From Babesia bigemina (Eukaryota): 64,000 nucleotides of DNA. Shown here piece by piece: positions 33,579-45,822 of this stretch. The number at the start of each line of letters is the position of its first letter. The stretch's first letter is position 1. Position numbers and translations under genes: made by a program. The DNA lies in NCBI RefSeq assembly GCF_000981445.1, contig NC_027218.1, positions 2,728,001 through 2,792,000 of the forward strand, in the 5' to 3' direction. The notes beneath the pieces were generated by a model, which was given only the letters and a program-made list of their open reading frames with translations, did no database searches and had not been told where the DNA came from.

Positions 33579-34127
33579 TCAGCTGTAGAACGCGATGCAG
33601 AAGGGTATCTTGCGGACGAGGAAATCGCGGATGTTGCGGCCCACCGGAAAGCGGAAGATGCAAAGGTCGAGCAGGATGATGGCGACGATGATGGCAACGA
33701 TGACGGCGGCGATGGCGGAGTAGGGAGGCGGGGAAGGTGGAGCTTTGTTTTCTAGCTTGAGAGCTTCGGGAGGAGATTGAAGCTCTTGTTTCGCGGCTTG
33801 TTGCTGAGCTTCGGAGGAATCAGGGAGTTGCTGTGGACCGGGGGCTTTGCAGGTGTCACGCGCCGCTTCACATTTTTTTATACAACATTCACATTTACAT
33901 TTTTTAATGTCACACTTATGACACGTCGTTCTCTCATCGCACTTATAGGTTTTTCGATCTTTGCTTGCTTGGCGCTTTAGGAAATTTCCGAAACACGCAT
34001 TGCAACTGCCGAAATCTTTATTACATTCCACACAACACCACGGACAACAATAACAAACCTCAAACGTTTTACATCCATAACCACAATCGTTACACGGATC
34101 ACCTGATTTTGTCACCCTATAACCCAT
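33579..34127 (-). CDS. Small Cys-rich single-TM membrane protein (182 aa)
   Basis: ATG at 34127 after the same gggaag leader as 3604. CYCCPWCCVEC motif, Pro/Gln linker, TM AIAAVIVAIIVAIILLDLCIF. Confidence 0.8.
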   Translation of the reverse strand: MGYRVTKSGDPCNDCGYGCKTFEVCYCCPWCCVECNKDFGSCNACFGNFLKRQASKDRKTYKCDERTTCHKCDIKKCKCECCIKKCEAARDTCKAPGPQQLPDSSEAQQQAAKQELQSPPEALKLENKAPPSPPPYSAIAAVIVAIIVAIILLDLCIFRFPVGRNIRDFLVRKIPFCIAFYS

Positions 34128-34139
34128 CTTCCCTCTCCC

Positions 34140-34345
34140 TCCCAGTCCCCTCAACTTGCAGACATATCAATCACCTAGCAACGCACTCACCAACTGCAAC
34201 ACTACCACTGCCGCGCCCAGTCCCCTCAGCCTGCTAACCTATCAGTCACCTAGCAACGCACTCACCAACTGCAACACGTACCACTGCCGCTCCCAGTCCC
34301 CTCAACCTGCGAACATATCAGTCACCTAGCAACGCACTCACCAAC
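34140..34345 (-). repeat. 75-76-bp tandem repeat x3 in 5' leader (putative exon+intron unit)
   Basis: tcacctagcaacgcactcaccaac recurs with donor G at 34190, 34265 and 34341. A single copy of the unit lies at ~3620-3672. Confidence 0.9.
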
Positions 34346-35515
34346 CCGCAAACATAAAACACGTGCCCTTACCGCTGTAACCACCAACCCGTTCCCGCAG
34401 GGTTAGGACACCGACACCCAGTCTTCCGCCAGCGATACCACAGCCGCGTATCATGCAGTACAGAGATACCAGTCCCATAGGGGGTATATGTAGATTGCTT
34501 ACCTTGCCTCACATATACCTGAACAAATGTATTGCAGGTTCTTAGACCCCTAAATAGTGGACGCGATGTATTAATCACTGCCCATGTTGTAATGGTGATG
34601 AATCATTAAAATGATTGCGATGCTGCTGGATTATTGGCCCCACCTGTCATCCGGCACGCATGTTATGCTACAAAAAACGGCGTCCCACTTCAGTAGGCTA
34701 TTTAGTTTTCTCAACTTAGATATGATAGAAATACTATCCATAGCGTCTCACAACGTTTTGTTGTTAATACTGTATCACTCAATGTTACACTGAACTTCAA
34801 ATCCCAACCGTGATGGTGTCTAACCCCCTGTTGAACTGAGCTTTCCCGAACGCTGTTCACCTGCTTCGGCGACTCACCACTTCGCAACATGTTTGCCATC
34901 GTGTTACTGATTAACATCTCAATATAAAAATTTCGAGATTTTGTTGTTGCCCATCCCATCAATCTGCGGGCTGTCACTGAGTTGGGCAGCACCTATACAG
35001 TCGCAGTTCGCATTTAGCAATGTGACTTACTGCAACATGACATAACATCTCATAGAGTCTATCGTGAGCACCTGACCATGAGTTAAGGCACTAGGCGTCT
35101 GTTTCGCAACCCATTGTTCGACACGGCCAAATACCGAATAGTGGTCGCTCATCAACATCGGTGAAATAAGTGTCGTCCATCGCTAATCACCAGGTATTAC
35201 TCATTGCTACGTATTAGGGGCGTTGTCAGTGTTTGGAATTGCGACCATGCATGGAAATGGTAGCAGCCCACCTTCCCAGTTTATACAGGAGAAAGTGTAT
35301 GACGAAGAAATGAGACGTATTTCCATTTCAATATATTAACCAGGCATTATGTTTTACACAGAAGTTATAAAGACTAAAATACGCTATTGGATTTGCAACT
35401 ACAGTAATCTCAACAAAAACCTATGATGCCACTGGAGACACAAACCAAGAAGTGACAAACATGAACTGACAATTAAAGTTTGTAATTACCACACGAGTTG
35501 TTACATCTCGATTAC

Positions 35516-35960
35516 TCATTCCTCGGCGTAGTAGTTCTCGATCTGTATGGTGGATAAAATGACCCCCTTGATGGTGACGCAGCGGCATTCAAGTGGCGGA
35601 GATTGGCGCAGCTTTTCCCCAGGTCCTGAGAGTTTACTGAACGAATATAGTAAGACAAAGTGATTGGAATGTGACGCTACCAAAGAATGGCTGAAGTCGT
35701 TTATGTTCTGGACGCTGCCGTTTACTAACATTTGGTGGAAGCAGTTGGGTGGGTCCAGGACATACGGTACTGGGCAGTCGAATGCGGCTTCCTTAGCGGC
35801 TTGAAGGTCTATCTTGCAACCAATTTCTCTTCCGTCAGCGTCGTAGAGTTTGGGTGTTTCGGGTTTGAACAACTCATCCGATGAGGACGTAACACCGCAG
35901 CCCTGCTTCTAGGGATCCGTAGTCTCCATAGCAACTTCAACGACATGCCACGTGTCTAGA
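35516..35960 (-). pseudogene. C-terminal relic of a 6-Cys (s48/45-like) family gene
   Basis: WHVVEVAMETTDP*KQGCGVT...GCKIDL...AFDCPVPYVLDPPNCF...ECRCVT. The GC..C..C-P..P-NCF..CxC pattern is that of s48/45 domains; in-frame TAG at 35909-35911; no N-terminal part. Confidence 0.7.
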
Positions 35961-36330
35961 CTGGACAACAACACAACCAAACAAATCTTGTAGAATACAT
36001 TATAGCAATCGCGTTCAGGTAGCACACTTGTCTCAAGGTAATGTAGTATGCGATTCGGGACATGAAAGTCAGGGACAACTGTAGCTTCTTTAGCCGACTG
36101 CTGTGTCCATTCAGAATATATGCTATTATTCATGGCACCAGTAGATTTCAGCAAGATTGCGTATGGTAGACCCCGATGTAAATCGAAGCAGTTTAGGTAA
36201 AGAAATATAAAGAAGTGCTAAAACCGTTCCAACCCTAACGTAGCCGGTTGTGGCGCCCTAAACATGTACAACTAGAATATCATGATATACAATTATAGAG
36301 CGTTATTTAAGTTGTATTTGCGCGGAAGCA

Positions 36331-36810
36331 TTAGTAATCGAGCAGCTCCAGAATAGCACGCTTTGAGTTATCACCCACGGTGCTGTAGCAGAGCCTTTTG
36401 ATGCGGCAATATCCACCGTGCCGCTCCTTGAATCTGATGGGTGCCAGTTTTAAAACGTTTTCGGTTAGTTCCTTGTCGTACAGCCAACGGTTAATCAAAA
36501 TTCGTGCGTATCTCTGATCGGGCTTCTTGGCGTACTTGATTATTCGCTCCACCTTGGGCTTGGTCTGTCTGGCCTTGTTGAGAGTCGTAATGATGCGTCC
36601 GTGACGGAGCACTTCTGTTGTCAGTGTACGCAATAACGCCTTACGCGCGGAGTGTGTGCGCTTTAGTTTCTTGCACTCTCGTAGATTACCGTAGAGAGCG
36701 AACCTTCGCGCACCATGGGTAGCGCACGGTGAGGCGATGAAACACTGTTCACGGATCGCGTTGGCGATGCCGAATAGTGCCACGTAGCTAAGAATACTTG
36801 TCAGCCTCAT
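36331..36810 (-). CDS. rpl17: Bacterial-type ribosomal protein L17, probably apicoplast-targeted
   Basis: KLKRTHSARKALLRTLTTEVLRHGRIITTLNKA...RHGGYCRI; N-terminal signal peptide plus transit-like segment. Confidence 0.9.
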   Translation of the reverse strand: MRLTSILSYVALFGIANAIREQCFIASPCATHGARRFALYGNLRECKKLKRTHSARKALLRTLTTEVLRHGRIITTLNKARQTKPKVERIIKYAKKPDQRYARILINRWLYDKELTENVLKLAPIRFKERHGGYCRIKRLCYSTVGDNSKRAILELLDY

Positions 36811-37445
36811 CCACTTACATCGTGGGACGACGTGTGTCCAGTTTGTCGTCGTCTACTAGCGTACCCGGTCGCAATAAGCATGCGATATCTAACTAATGTT
36901 TCAAAGCAAACCACTGCTAAACATCCACTCTGCCTATCATGTAATCGGAGCACTTGGAAGCCTGAGCACTGAGTTTAAGTAACTGTTTTTGCAGGCAGTA
37001 ACTCGTTAACCTTCTGAGAACACTGCTACGGAAGTTAAACCGTGAAGCACCTTCGACATACAATACAGCCGTTTATTTTGATGTTCACACTCTCCTTTAA
37101 CTACTGAAGCTTGCCTGTTGTCACATTAATGGTTTTCGTCGATTGTACTCACTCTGACTCTTCTCAAATCGTAGCCATATTGGAAACCAGCGGCGCTTCA
37201 GACCCTTCTCTAAATGTGACCGTGCACATATATAACGGCTGTACGAAATATTTTCTATACGTCACGATACGTGCAACCGTGTATGGTTTAGGAAGGTCGC
37301 GCAACTCCCCAGTGTCACGCCACCAACGCAGCCTTCTGCACATCCTTTGGCCCCAAAGGCACTGATTTGCTTACACATACACTAATTATACAACTATAGT
37401 GCCGGGTATTCGATGTCTGTGGCACCATGGTTGCCATAGTCAGCT

Positions 37446-39490
37446 ATGGACGCAGCTGCTCTAGTACTGGCGGCACTGTGGTCGGTGTCGATTGCTGCGT
37501 GCAGAAGGCTGACATTTATCGGCAGCAGGACGCTTAGGAACTCGTTGGGGACGTATAATAATGTAACATGGGCCAGGGTGATGCCTGTGCAGGCATCCCG
37601 GCTGGATACTCCTGATACTGAAACACCATGTGATGACGACTCGTCAAAAAATGCACCTCCTTTGGACGATCCCGACGACCTTTCCGAACAGCTCGGCTAT
37701 CAGTACACGGAAGAGGACCTGCAGCGTGAGCGTGACGAAATTAGGGACTTTTACGAAATCAACACCTTCAGCATGAGTGAGTGGAATTCGCCTCCGTGTA
37801 AATGCTGCGCAGAAAGGGACAAGCTTCCTCGAGCTCACCCGTTGTACAAGTTCCTACGAGAAGAGCGCAAGAAAGCGATAAAGCTTGAGCGTATCCACAA
37901 GTGGAGGCAGGCTGAAGGACGCCGCCAGGAGTGGCGGGATTTCTTCAATTCAGTCAAGGTAGGCAACACCCTTGAAACACACAACAGTGTCAGAATGGAA
38001 CGTGTGAGAACATTTTTACCGAGGAACAGCAGGATGTGTGGAAACGTCTAATGGACAAGACAATGCAGATCGCCGAGCCACTGCTCGAGGAGGTTGAGGC
38101 GATTCTGTCGAACAATAAGCTGTCCCTGGAGAAGCGCAACGAATTGGCTGTTGAGGTGCGAAAACAGATTAAGGATGTTCAGGAGCAGGTGTTCAAGGAG
38201 TTTGAGCCCGAGATGTTGGCGTGCGGCGCGCTGCAGAAAACGCAGGAGTACTTCGCCAACGTCCCGACCTACGTGATGGACGTGTGCCAGCCTGACATAA
38301 ATCACAACGTGTACATAAAGCCGGAGAACTGCACACTCCCCGCTGATATAGTATGGTCAAACACGGTTCTGGGCAGTGGCCGTGAGCCGAACGAGCCGTT
38401 TTGGAAGTTCCACCTGCTGCCGTCGTTAGGGCAGAAGAAAAAGAAGCGCCTAGGACGTGGCCACGGGAGCGGCCACGGAGGCAGTTCAACACGTGGTTGT
38501 AAGGGGCAGAAGCACAGATCTGGACGTTACATAAACCCGGTATTCGAGGGGGGTCAGATGCCCCTCTACCGTAGGCTGCCGAAGTTCGTTGGCCGGCCCG
38601 TGGGTCCAGGCCATCGCCACAGTCGCAGGGAATACCAGCTTATCCCTATCCACCAGCTTAACGTCGCACGGGAGGGTATGGTTGTCGACTGGGCAACACT
38701 CGAGTGCCTGGGAGCACGGCTTGGTCGGTACAAGCGTGGCCATCCGATCAAGGTGATCGGCGGCAAGAAATACGCGGGTGTTGCGAAGCCTTTGACCGTT
38801 CGCAACCTGATAGTCAAGGCCCATGCATTTACACGTTCCGCTGCTCGCGAAATTATGGATCTTGGCGGCCGATGCATGCTGCTTCGCCCTAAGACTGTGG
38901 ACATCGTGGAGGAGGAGTATCACCCGGACGTCCCTCGCGCTCGCCGTTATATTTTCAGCGGCAAGATATCGCGTCGTGAGCGTCGTAGGCGTGAAATCAA
39001 GCAACGTATATGGGAGGAGATGCAAAAATCCGCCTCCAGTGGTACTGCGCCTACCGAGACATCAGACACAACGGACCAGCCACCGTTGGCCACTCCGGAA
39101 ACTATCGCATCGTCTACCGCTGAAAACTCAATTTCACCAGCTGATGGCGCTACACTACCGCCCGACGAATCACCATCACCTGTGTCTGACATGCCGCCTG
39201 GTGAAGAGGCGCATTCACCTCCAGGCGAATCGGACCAACTACAAACTGAATCGCCTGAAATCGCCGAAGAACATGATGACAAGCATTGCGACGCAATATC
39301 TCCACAATCGCATACGGATGCCCCCGTAACACAAAGTAATACGACAATATCAGCCCCAGCTGAAGCCGAGGAGAACCCAGGGATTTCGCGACCTGACGAG
39401 GACCCAACCACAGCAGATGATGGTGGCGAACCGCCTCCCAAGCGCCGCCGTGGCCGAAAGCCAAAGTCACTGTCGGCCGATAACCCTTAG
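37446..39490 (+). CDS. rpl15: Bacterial-type ribosomal protein L15 with long extensions, probably apicoplast-targeted (2 exons)
   Basis: Signal peptide; 35-nt intron 37959-37993 joins two ORFs in frame; [27 protein letters not shown]...[14 protein letters not shown]. Confidence 0.85.
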
Positions 39491-39975
39491 GGGCAAACTT
39501 AGTGCGTGATTATCTTAATGTTTGCACTGTGTTCGAATGTTACGTCACAAATGATGTTGCAGGAGCGCTTATCCGATAAATCGTGTAATTGCCTCCGCGC
39601 CATGTAATGGCTATGATTGGCACATTGATGTGTGATCGCAACGCATTGATGCCGTCTGACGAAAGCGCGGCAGCCGAATGCCCTAAATGTGACATCTCAC
39701 ACTGTTATATTACGCTACAAACACCGCTGATACTCTGGCGTTTAGGCCAAAGGCGTACAACGTATGCTACAGCGTGAGTAGTGTGCGAGGCAGGTCGACC
39801 GACACACATTCTGTCAAAAACCTTCCCAGCATTTTATATATAGCATAACAGTCAAAACAACTAGACGGTATTCTGTGCTGATCTTCTAGGCGCGCTTTCC
39901 CCGATATAGCCTAGGGCGTTTGGCCCGCCTTTCCCAACCGTCTGTCGACCTGGCGCAACAAGGAATCGGTGTCTA

Positions 39976-40701
39976 ATGGAAGCTTCCAATACCTATGTGA
40001 TCGACGGCGTGGAGATAACTTCCAAGCCGCCGCGGGCGCGCCGGAAGGCCGACGTTTCCCGCGGACGCCGCCACGAGTTGGAGGAGCCGCCGTCTCCTCC
40101 GGATTCTCCCGAGGTTGACATAGCAGCTGAGGTGGAGGAGCTCGCATCCGAGTCTCACGAGTTCGGTTACCTGGATCACCCCGCGGACGTGATCATTACT
40201 GGGTCCGGTAAGCATTTTTGTCGTGCGTTGGAGTCTATCATACTGGCGATGTTCGGCTACATAACGGACACTTCGTTGGTAGATGCGCGCAGCCGTCGCA
40301 GCATTTCCGCGACAGGCAAGTCGCTTAACCAGCTGCTGTTCCACGTGCTGGTGGAATGCCTCTACATGCACAACGGTCACGGGTTCGTGGCCAGGTACGT
40401 GCGCGTCGAAGGCGACGTCGACGTACTGCGGCTGTTAGGAGGCGACACATCTGCAGAAGTGACGGTTTCGCTCTATGGCGACATATACGATCGGAAACTG
40501 CACACGTGCGGCACGGAAATCAAGGCCATCACGTATCACGGGTTGAAGACGCAGATGACAGTGGGCGACCAGGCAGTGACTCTGACGGATGACCCAGCCG
40601 AAGGCACATCTCCTGACGCCATATCGCATTTCCTCCGCAGTATTGACGCGGATTCGCTGAAGACAGCTGAGTTTAAGCTGTTCGCTCACGTGGACATCTG
40701 A
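39976..40701 (+). CDS. Archease (RtcB tRNA ligase activator)
   Basis: YLDHPADV, AMFGYITD, GTEIKAITYH and terminal VDI signature motifs. Confidence 0.9.
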   Translation: MEASNTYVIDGVEITSKPPRARRKADVSRGRRHELEEPPSPPDSPEVDIAAEVEELASESHEFGYLDHPADVIITGSGKHFCRALESIILAMFGYITDTSLVDARSRRSISATGKSLNQLLFHVLVECLYMHNGHGFVARYVRVEGDVDVLRLLGGDTSAEVTVSLYGDIYDRKLHTCGTEIKAITYHGLKTQMTVGDQAVTLTDDPAEGTSPDAISHFLRSIDADSLKTAEFKLFAHVDI

Positions 40702-41285
40702 CGCCGCTCTAACTGGCTGTTAGAGAGCCGAAATTGTTCTCAATGGCACAAATAATCGTAATATCTACACAGTACTTTGGCGTTTGCAATGTCTGTGCGC
40801 CGTAAAGCACATACACTTCGACTGGGATTTCACGTGTGTAATGCACAGGGTCCATCTCGAGGGGCTGCTATGCGTTTAGTACGTGCCTTTACATGCCGCA
40901 AATAAAGCCGTATGCATCCGCACACACCATTATTTTTACCCTATGGCTCCCGGCCAAACGGGCTTTAGCCTTTGGCAATGTACGGCAGCGTCGAGTAATT
41001 TCGGCAGAGAGCGACGTGTAACTTAAGCCGCTTTCGACCGCAACGAGGCGAACATCTGAGCACAATTTTGCAATAATATTTGCTAATGCGCCACGTTTAG
41101 AGCGGTTGCACAGTTGAATATACAAATTCACTGGTGTCTTTCGTGGAAGGTCGGCCGTGTGCGGTGTACACCGGCACAGGGCGAGGTAAAAGCCCAGGAG
41201 CGCGGCGGCCGTGCAATGTTACCCGCGATAACTGTCCGTGTGACGGCACGGGTAATTATGAGCCTGAACTCGTCAGCGCTGTGAT

Positions 41286-44200
41286 ATGAAGCATGGCAGC
41301 GAGTCGAAGATAGGGGAGGAGCTCGACCGGTTCCTCTTGCCTACCGGGCCGTCCGCGCAGGTCACAGAGGCCATCCAGTCCTTCCACGATGGCAGAAGCT
41401 CGTGGAAGGAGTGCTGCGATCAGCTGCGCACGGTGGAACGTTACGGTGTGCATGGAGTTGACGGCGGTAGGCGTATGTTCTGCGCGGTGACGTTGAAACA
41501 TCACGCCTACCATGGTCTGCGCCGTCTGTGCCCGGCGGACAAATCGCCGACCCGCGATATGCGCGACAGTGCTCTGGATGACCTCGTTAAGCTGTGCTGG
41601 ATCTACGAGCGCCACGACAAGCTGATTCTGCGGCAGCTGTTGTACGCCGTGTCTGGGCTGGTGATAACGTTTTTCGACATCGGTGCGAACGAGCGCGACT
41701 TCCTGTTGAACACGGCGTTGCTGAGGTTTGATTCGAGGCCTCTGATCCAGTTCGAGCTGTTGTCGGCGTTTGCAGAGGAGCTCTTCAACGAGAACATCGG
41801 CGTGTCTTCGTTCACGCGTGCCGATGTGGTGCGCAGCAGCGTGATGATCGCGCCCCGTATATTCGGGCGCCTGTTCGCCTTCATGGGGGATAAGGCCAAC
41901 ATCGAGCATGTGCCATCTTTGCGCGCCCTGGCGCATTGGATGGGGCTACACGTCCGCTTGGTGCGGACGTTCGGAGGGACCCACGAGTACGTGCCAAATG
42001 AGGCACACGGTGGGATACACACGTTCGACATGGACGCCATGGGTGCTAAAATACCACGAGACGATGCGGTTTTGATCCGCAACGGCCTGAACGCCTTCGG
42101 TGCTATGGGTGGCGTTTTCTCGCTATTCGAGAGGTTGCGTCACTCCATCTTGGTGAAGCACGTGGAGATGTCTTCGCTGGTCTGCGAGGCGCTGATTCAC
42201 TTCTACTCGTTGACGCAGTTCGACTTCATGAACATTTTGACCGCCACCAGTCAGAGGTACAACGACGTGTCCTCCCACACGAGCCGGAGCTGGACGACAA
42301 GTTCTAAACCGTACATCGCCCAGCTTCCGTGCATTGTGACCGACAGTTGCAACTGGGCAATGGACTTCGTTTCGCAGCTGCAGGAGATCCTGTGCCCGCT
42401 GATGTCGCAATGCCGCGACAACCCCGCCGACCCGCGTTTCCCCGTTGTGACGCAGATACTGCGTAACGTCATGGAGTTCCTGGTGGTGATCGCCGCTGAG
42501 CACATACCGTTCATTTTGATGTTCTCGGAGGGCGAGATGCACAAGGCCTGCGCCGTGTGCTTCTTCGTGAATGAGGCGGTGCGCTACCCCGACATGCACT
42601 GCCGCGAGCTGTGCCTCGACTTTTACGTCAGCATGATAAGCATCCTGTTTGCGACCAAGGACGCGATGGCGGAGCCGCACCTGTCGACGTGCGTGCTGCG
42701 CATCGTGCAGGCGATGCGCCACAACTACACCGACTTCGTGCGGCAGCTGCTCAAGAGCGCCACCCTGGACTTCGATAACCACGAGGAAGAGGCGTTCGAC
42801 AACTACCGCCGCCTGATCGCGGCGTTCATCGACGAAGCCATACACATCATCGGCGTGAACGTGCTGGTCATGGTCATCCAATGCAAGGTGAAAGCGCTTG
42901 AGGAGGGCTTCGATTGGGTCGAGGCTGAGATGTGCTCCTTCCTGATTCGCGCAGTGGCACACCGTCTGACTCCGGGCCTGGCCGAGGCCATCATCCTGAA
43001 GTACCTGTCTATCGTGTGCGACGAGAAGCGGTTTAGAGAGCTGTATGCGGAGAAGGGTGATGATATCGCCTCGTACGTTCACCGCAGCATCGCCTTATGC
43101 ATCGTGCTGACCTCCGGTCTGATCGTGCAGGACGCGGAGGTGCTGAAGGCGGCGCAGCAGCTGTGTATGAATAATTTCGGCAGCGGCAATGGCGTTTACC
43201 CTAGCTTCAGCGCCCGTGCCATGCATGCGCTCGCGTTGAGTGCCGACTACTCCACGTGCGACGTTTTTGATCTGATGCGCAACATATCGCAAAAAATCGC
43301 GCAGGCAGACTCTCCCCTCCCATCTCGCCTGGAGCTGTTGGGAGGCATCGCCAACCTGTTGTCGACGTTCAACGACAGTGCGAAGGTGCGGCTTCGTCGT
43401 GACTTCGTCGCAGCCATGTCGATGCGGCTCAACGGGCTGATCGACGCGGGTCAAACTGAAAACATGGCGGACGAGATTGCCCTTTACGTTTCCACTCTGT
43501 TCCTGGTGGACTTCAAGCCGTGGTTCACTACCGACGTGGGCGGCAACTTGTCCAAGGAGTGCATGGACCTGATGCGTCGCAACCACGAGTCCACAACCCT
43601 GCGCCGCATCAAGCGCATTAACGCCTTTTGGCCGCAGGTGGACCTGTGCCTGGAGTCGCTGCGTGTGGACCAGCGCTACCCCACGGACGACGTCGAGAAC
43701 GTTACGCGCCTGTTGATCTGGATTCTGAAGGAGGCCCATTTTGGCAGCCACAGCCACATACTGGCGCTTTACGCGGCGTTGCACTCCACGCGCCTGTGCA
43801 AGCAGGAAAAGCTGTTGAACAAGTGCATGGACGTGGCCGACCAGTACGTGTCACGGATTTTGAATGTGATGATCGACTGCGATGACTTCGCCGACAGCAG
43901 TGCTCCCGCCGTGTCAGGTGTGGTGACTTCGGACAATGAGGTGATAAAGGCGGAGTACAGTGCTTCCAGCGAATCGGTTGTTAAGCTGTTCCACCCCAAC
44001 TCCGTGGAGGTCAACGGCGTCCACAGCCACGCTACATCAACCGATGGCACCCCATCGCAATCCTTACGCATCGACGAGTTCACACGCAACGCATACGGCC
44101 ACGGTTCGTACACTGACGGGTTCCGCAGTGTCGGTCACAGAGCTGAGGACCGCGACGTTAGGAACGGATTTAACGGGCCATACACAGAAGGTTCCCGTGC

Positions 44201-44985
44201 CACTGGTAACCACACAAGTGGTAGCAGGCACGTCGACCTCCCAACTGGCGCCGCATCGGACGGCAGTGCGGCGTCTCATTTCCGCCAGTCTGCAACCGAG
44301 ATCCTGCGTATCCTCAACACTGAACGGTTTCGCGCTGAGGGGGATCTCAACAGCCTGGATCTGTTCACGAACGCAATTAGGTCAGGCGTGAGTAACCACG
44401 TGTCTGCTCTAAGGCTGCTAACGTGGCCTAAGTTTGGGCGGTACGTGGCGGTGGTGGCGCTGCTACTGCCGACGGAGAACCCTGCGCTCAACAGGTCGAT
44501 CGTGGAGCTGTTCGTGGCGCTGGTGCACTGGATTCGTCGCACCAGGACGGAGCTGCCTGATAAGGAGCGTCAGAAGCGTCGACTCATTCGCAACGCTGCA
44601 AGGGCGATACTGCTGGGCAAGCATTTCGCGCAGAGCAACATGACGATGGCCGACGTGGTCGCATCGTCGATTTTCCAGTCGATGATGTCGCGGCCTTGCC
44701 AGGTGGAAGGCTGCATTCCGCCGGCAACCCGCGTGATTCACACCCTCATCGGCTCCAAGTCGTTCTACCCTATGGTAGCCGCTTCCGTCAAGAGTTGCAT
44801 GAAGGTTGGTTTTGCTACGGTTTAAACGATACCACTGTGTCCAGGCATCGCCCAGCACCCGGCGTAGGCTGGGCAGCTGCCACCTCACCATGTGGAGCAC
44901 CGCGCGCGAGGTGCGTCACCTGCTGTGGATGATGTGTACCAACTGTCCCGGTGAATCGGTTGGGGCAGGGACCAAGCCACAGTAG
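41286..44985 (+). CDS. Large alpha-helical (HEAT/importin-beta-like) protein, 2 exons predicted
   Basis: 1179-aa ORF with importin-like words (FCAVTLKH, LLSAFAEE, DWVEAEMCSFLIRAVA). Predicted 40-nt intron 44805-44844 and last exon to TAG at 44985. Confidence 0.6.
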
Positions 44986-44990
44986 ATAAA

Positions 44991-45634
44991 ATGCCGCGGA
45001 TTCGGACGCTAAACTCGCGCCCGCCGCCGGAGGGCTGGGATATGATCTCCGACACGCTGGAATCCCTGGAGGAGCGTATGAAAGCCGCCGAGCGCGAAAG
45101 CGGCGAGGGAAAGCGGCGTAGCGAGGTGCAATGGCCCATCTTCCGCATTCACCACGAGCGGTCGCGTTATATTTACGAGCTGTTTTACAAGCAGAAGGCC
45201 ATCTCAAGTAAGTGGCCGCGGATGCACACGACCGGTGCAGCCAACCTTCGTATTTTCTCTGGGTGCCATCGTGTCTAGTTGTTTCAGTGTTGCTATTTCG
45301 TATTGACGCCTGTGTTGATGCGTGTCCATGCTGTCTTTGCGGTCCGCGTGTCGCCGCGTCGTTGGCGGTGTAACGACGTTGCTAACCTTTCGCAGGGGAA
45401 CTGTACGACTACTGTGTCCGTGAAGGCTACGCGGACGCGCACCTCATTGCCAAGTGGCGCAAACCCGGCTACGAATGGCTGTGCTGCCTGCGCTGCATCC
45501 AGACGGCGAATCAGAACTTCGGCACCAGCTGCATCTGCCGCGTTCCCAGCCGCGACCTGGAGCCAGGGAAGATCATCGAGTGCATCCCTTGCGGGTGCCG
45601 CGGCTGCGCCTCGTGCGACGTCAAAAACGAGTGA
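44991..45634 (+). CDS. BUD31: BUD31/G10 splicing factor (2 exons)
   Basis: [19 protein letters not shown]...; intron 45208-45395; exon 2 ELYDYC...[18 protein letters not shown]...[13 protein letters not shown] at 45632-45634. Confidence 0.95.
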
Positions 45635-45822
45635 GCCTAGCCAGCGGCGCAGCCTACCGATCGCAGCGCCCGACCCTGTGGCTTCGCGCTGAAGGACTGG
45701 GGTATTAATGCAAGTAAAAATCCTTTGTTTCGCTACACGTTGTTGTCACCGAGATTAGTGCCGATATTGTTGCACGTGATGTTGACTTATGCGGAATATA
45801 CTGTTGTCTTTATTGGCCGCCG

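Noticed and set aside
2545..34345. 75-76-bp periodic repeats as CRISPR arrays
   Set aside because: Eukaryotic context, whole units are homologous (no unique spacers), only 2-3 copies and no cas genes.
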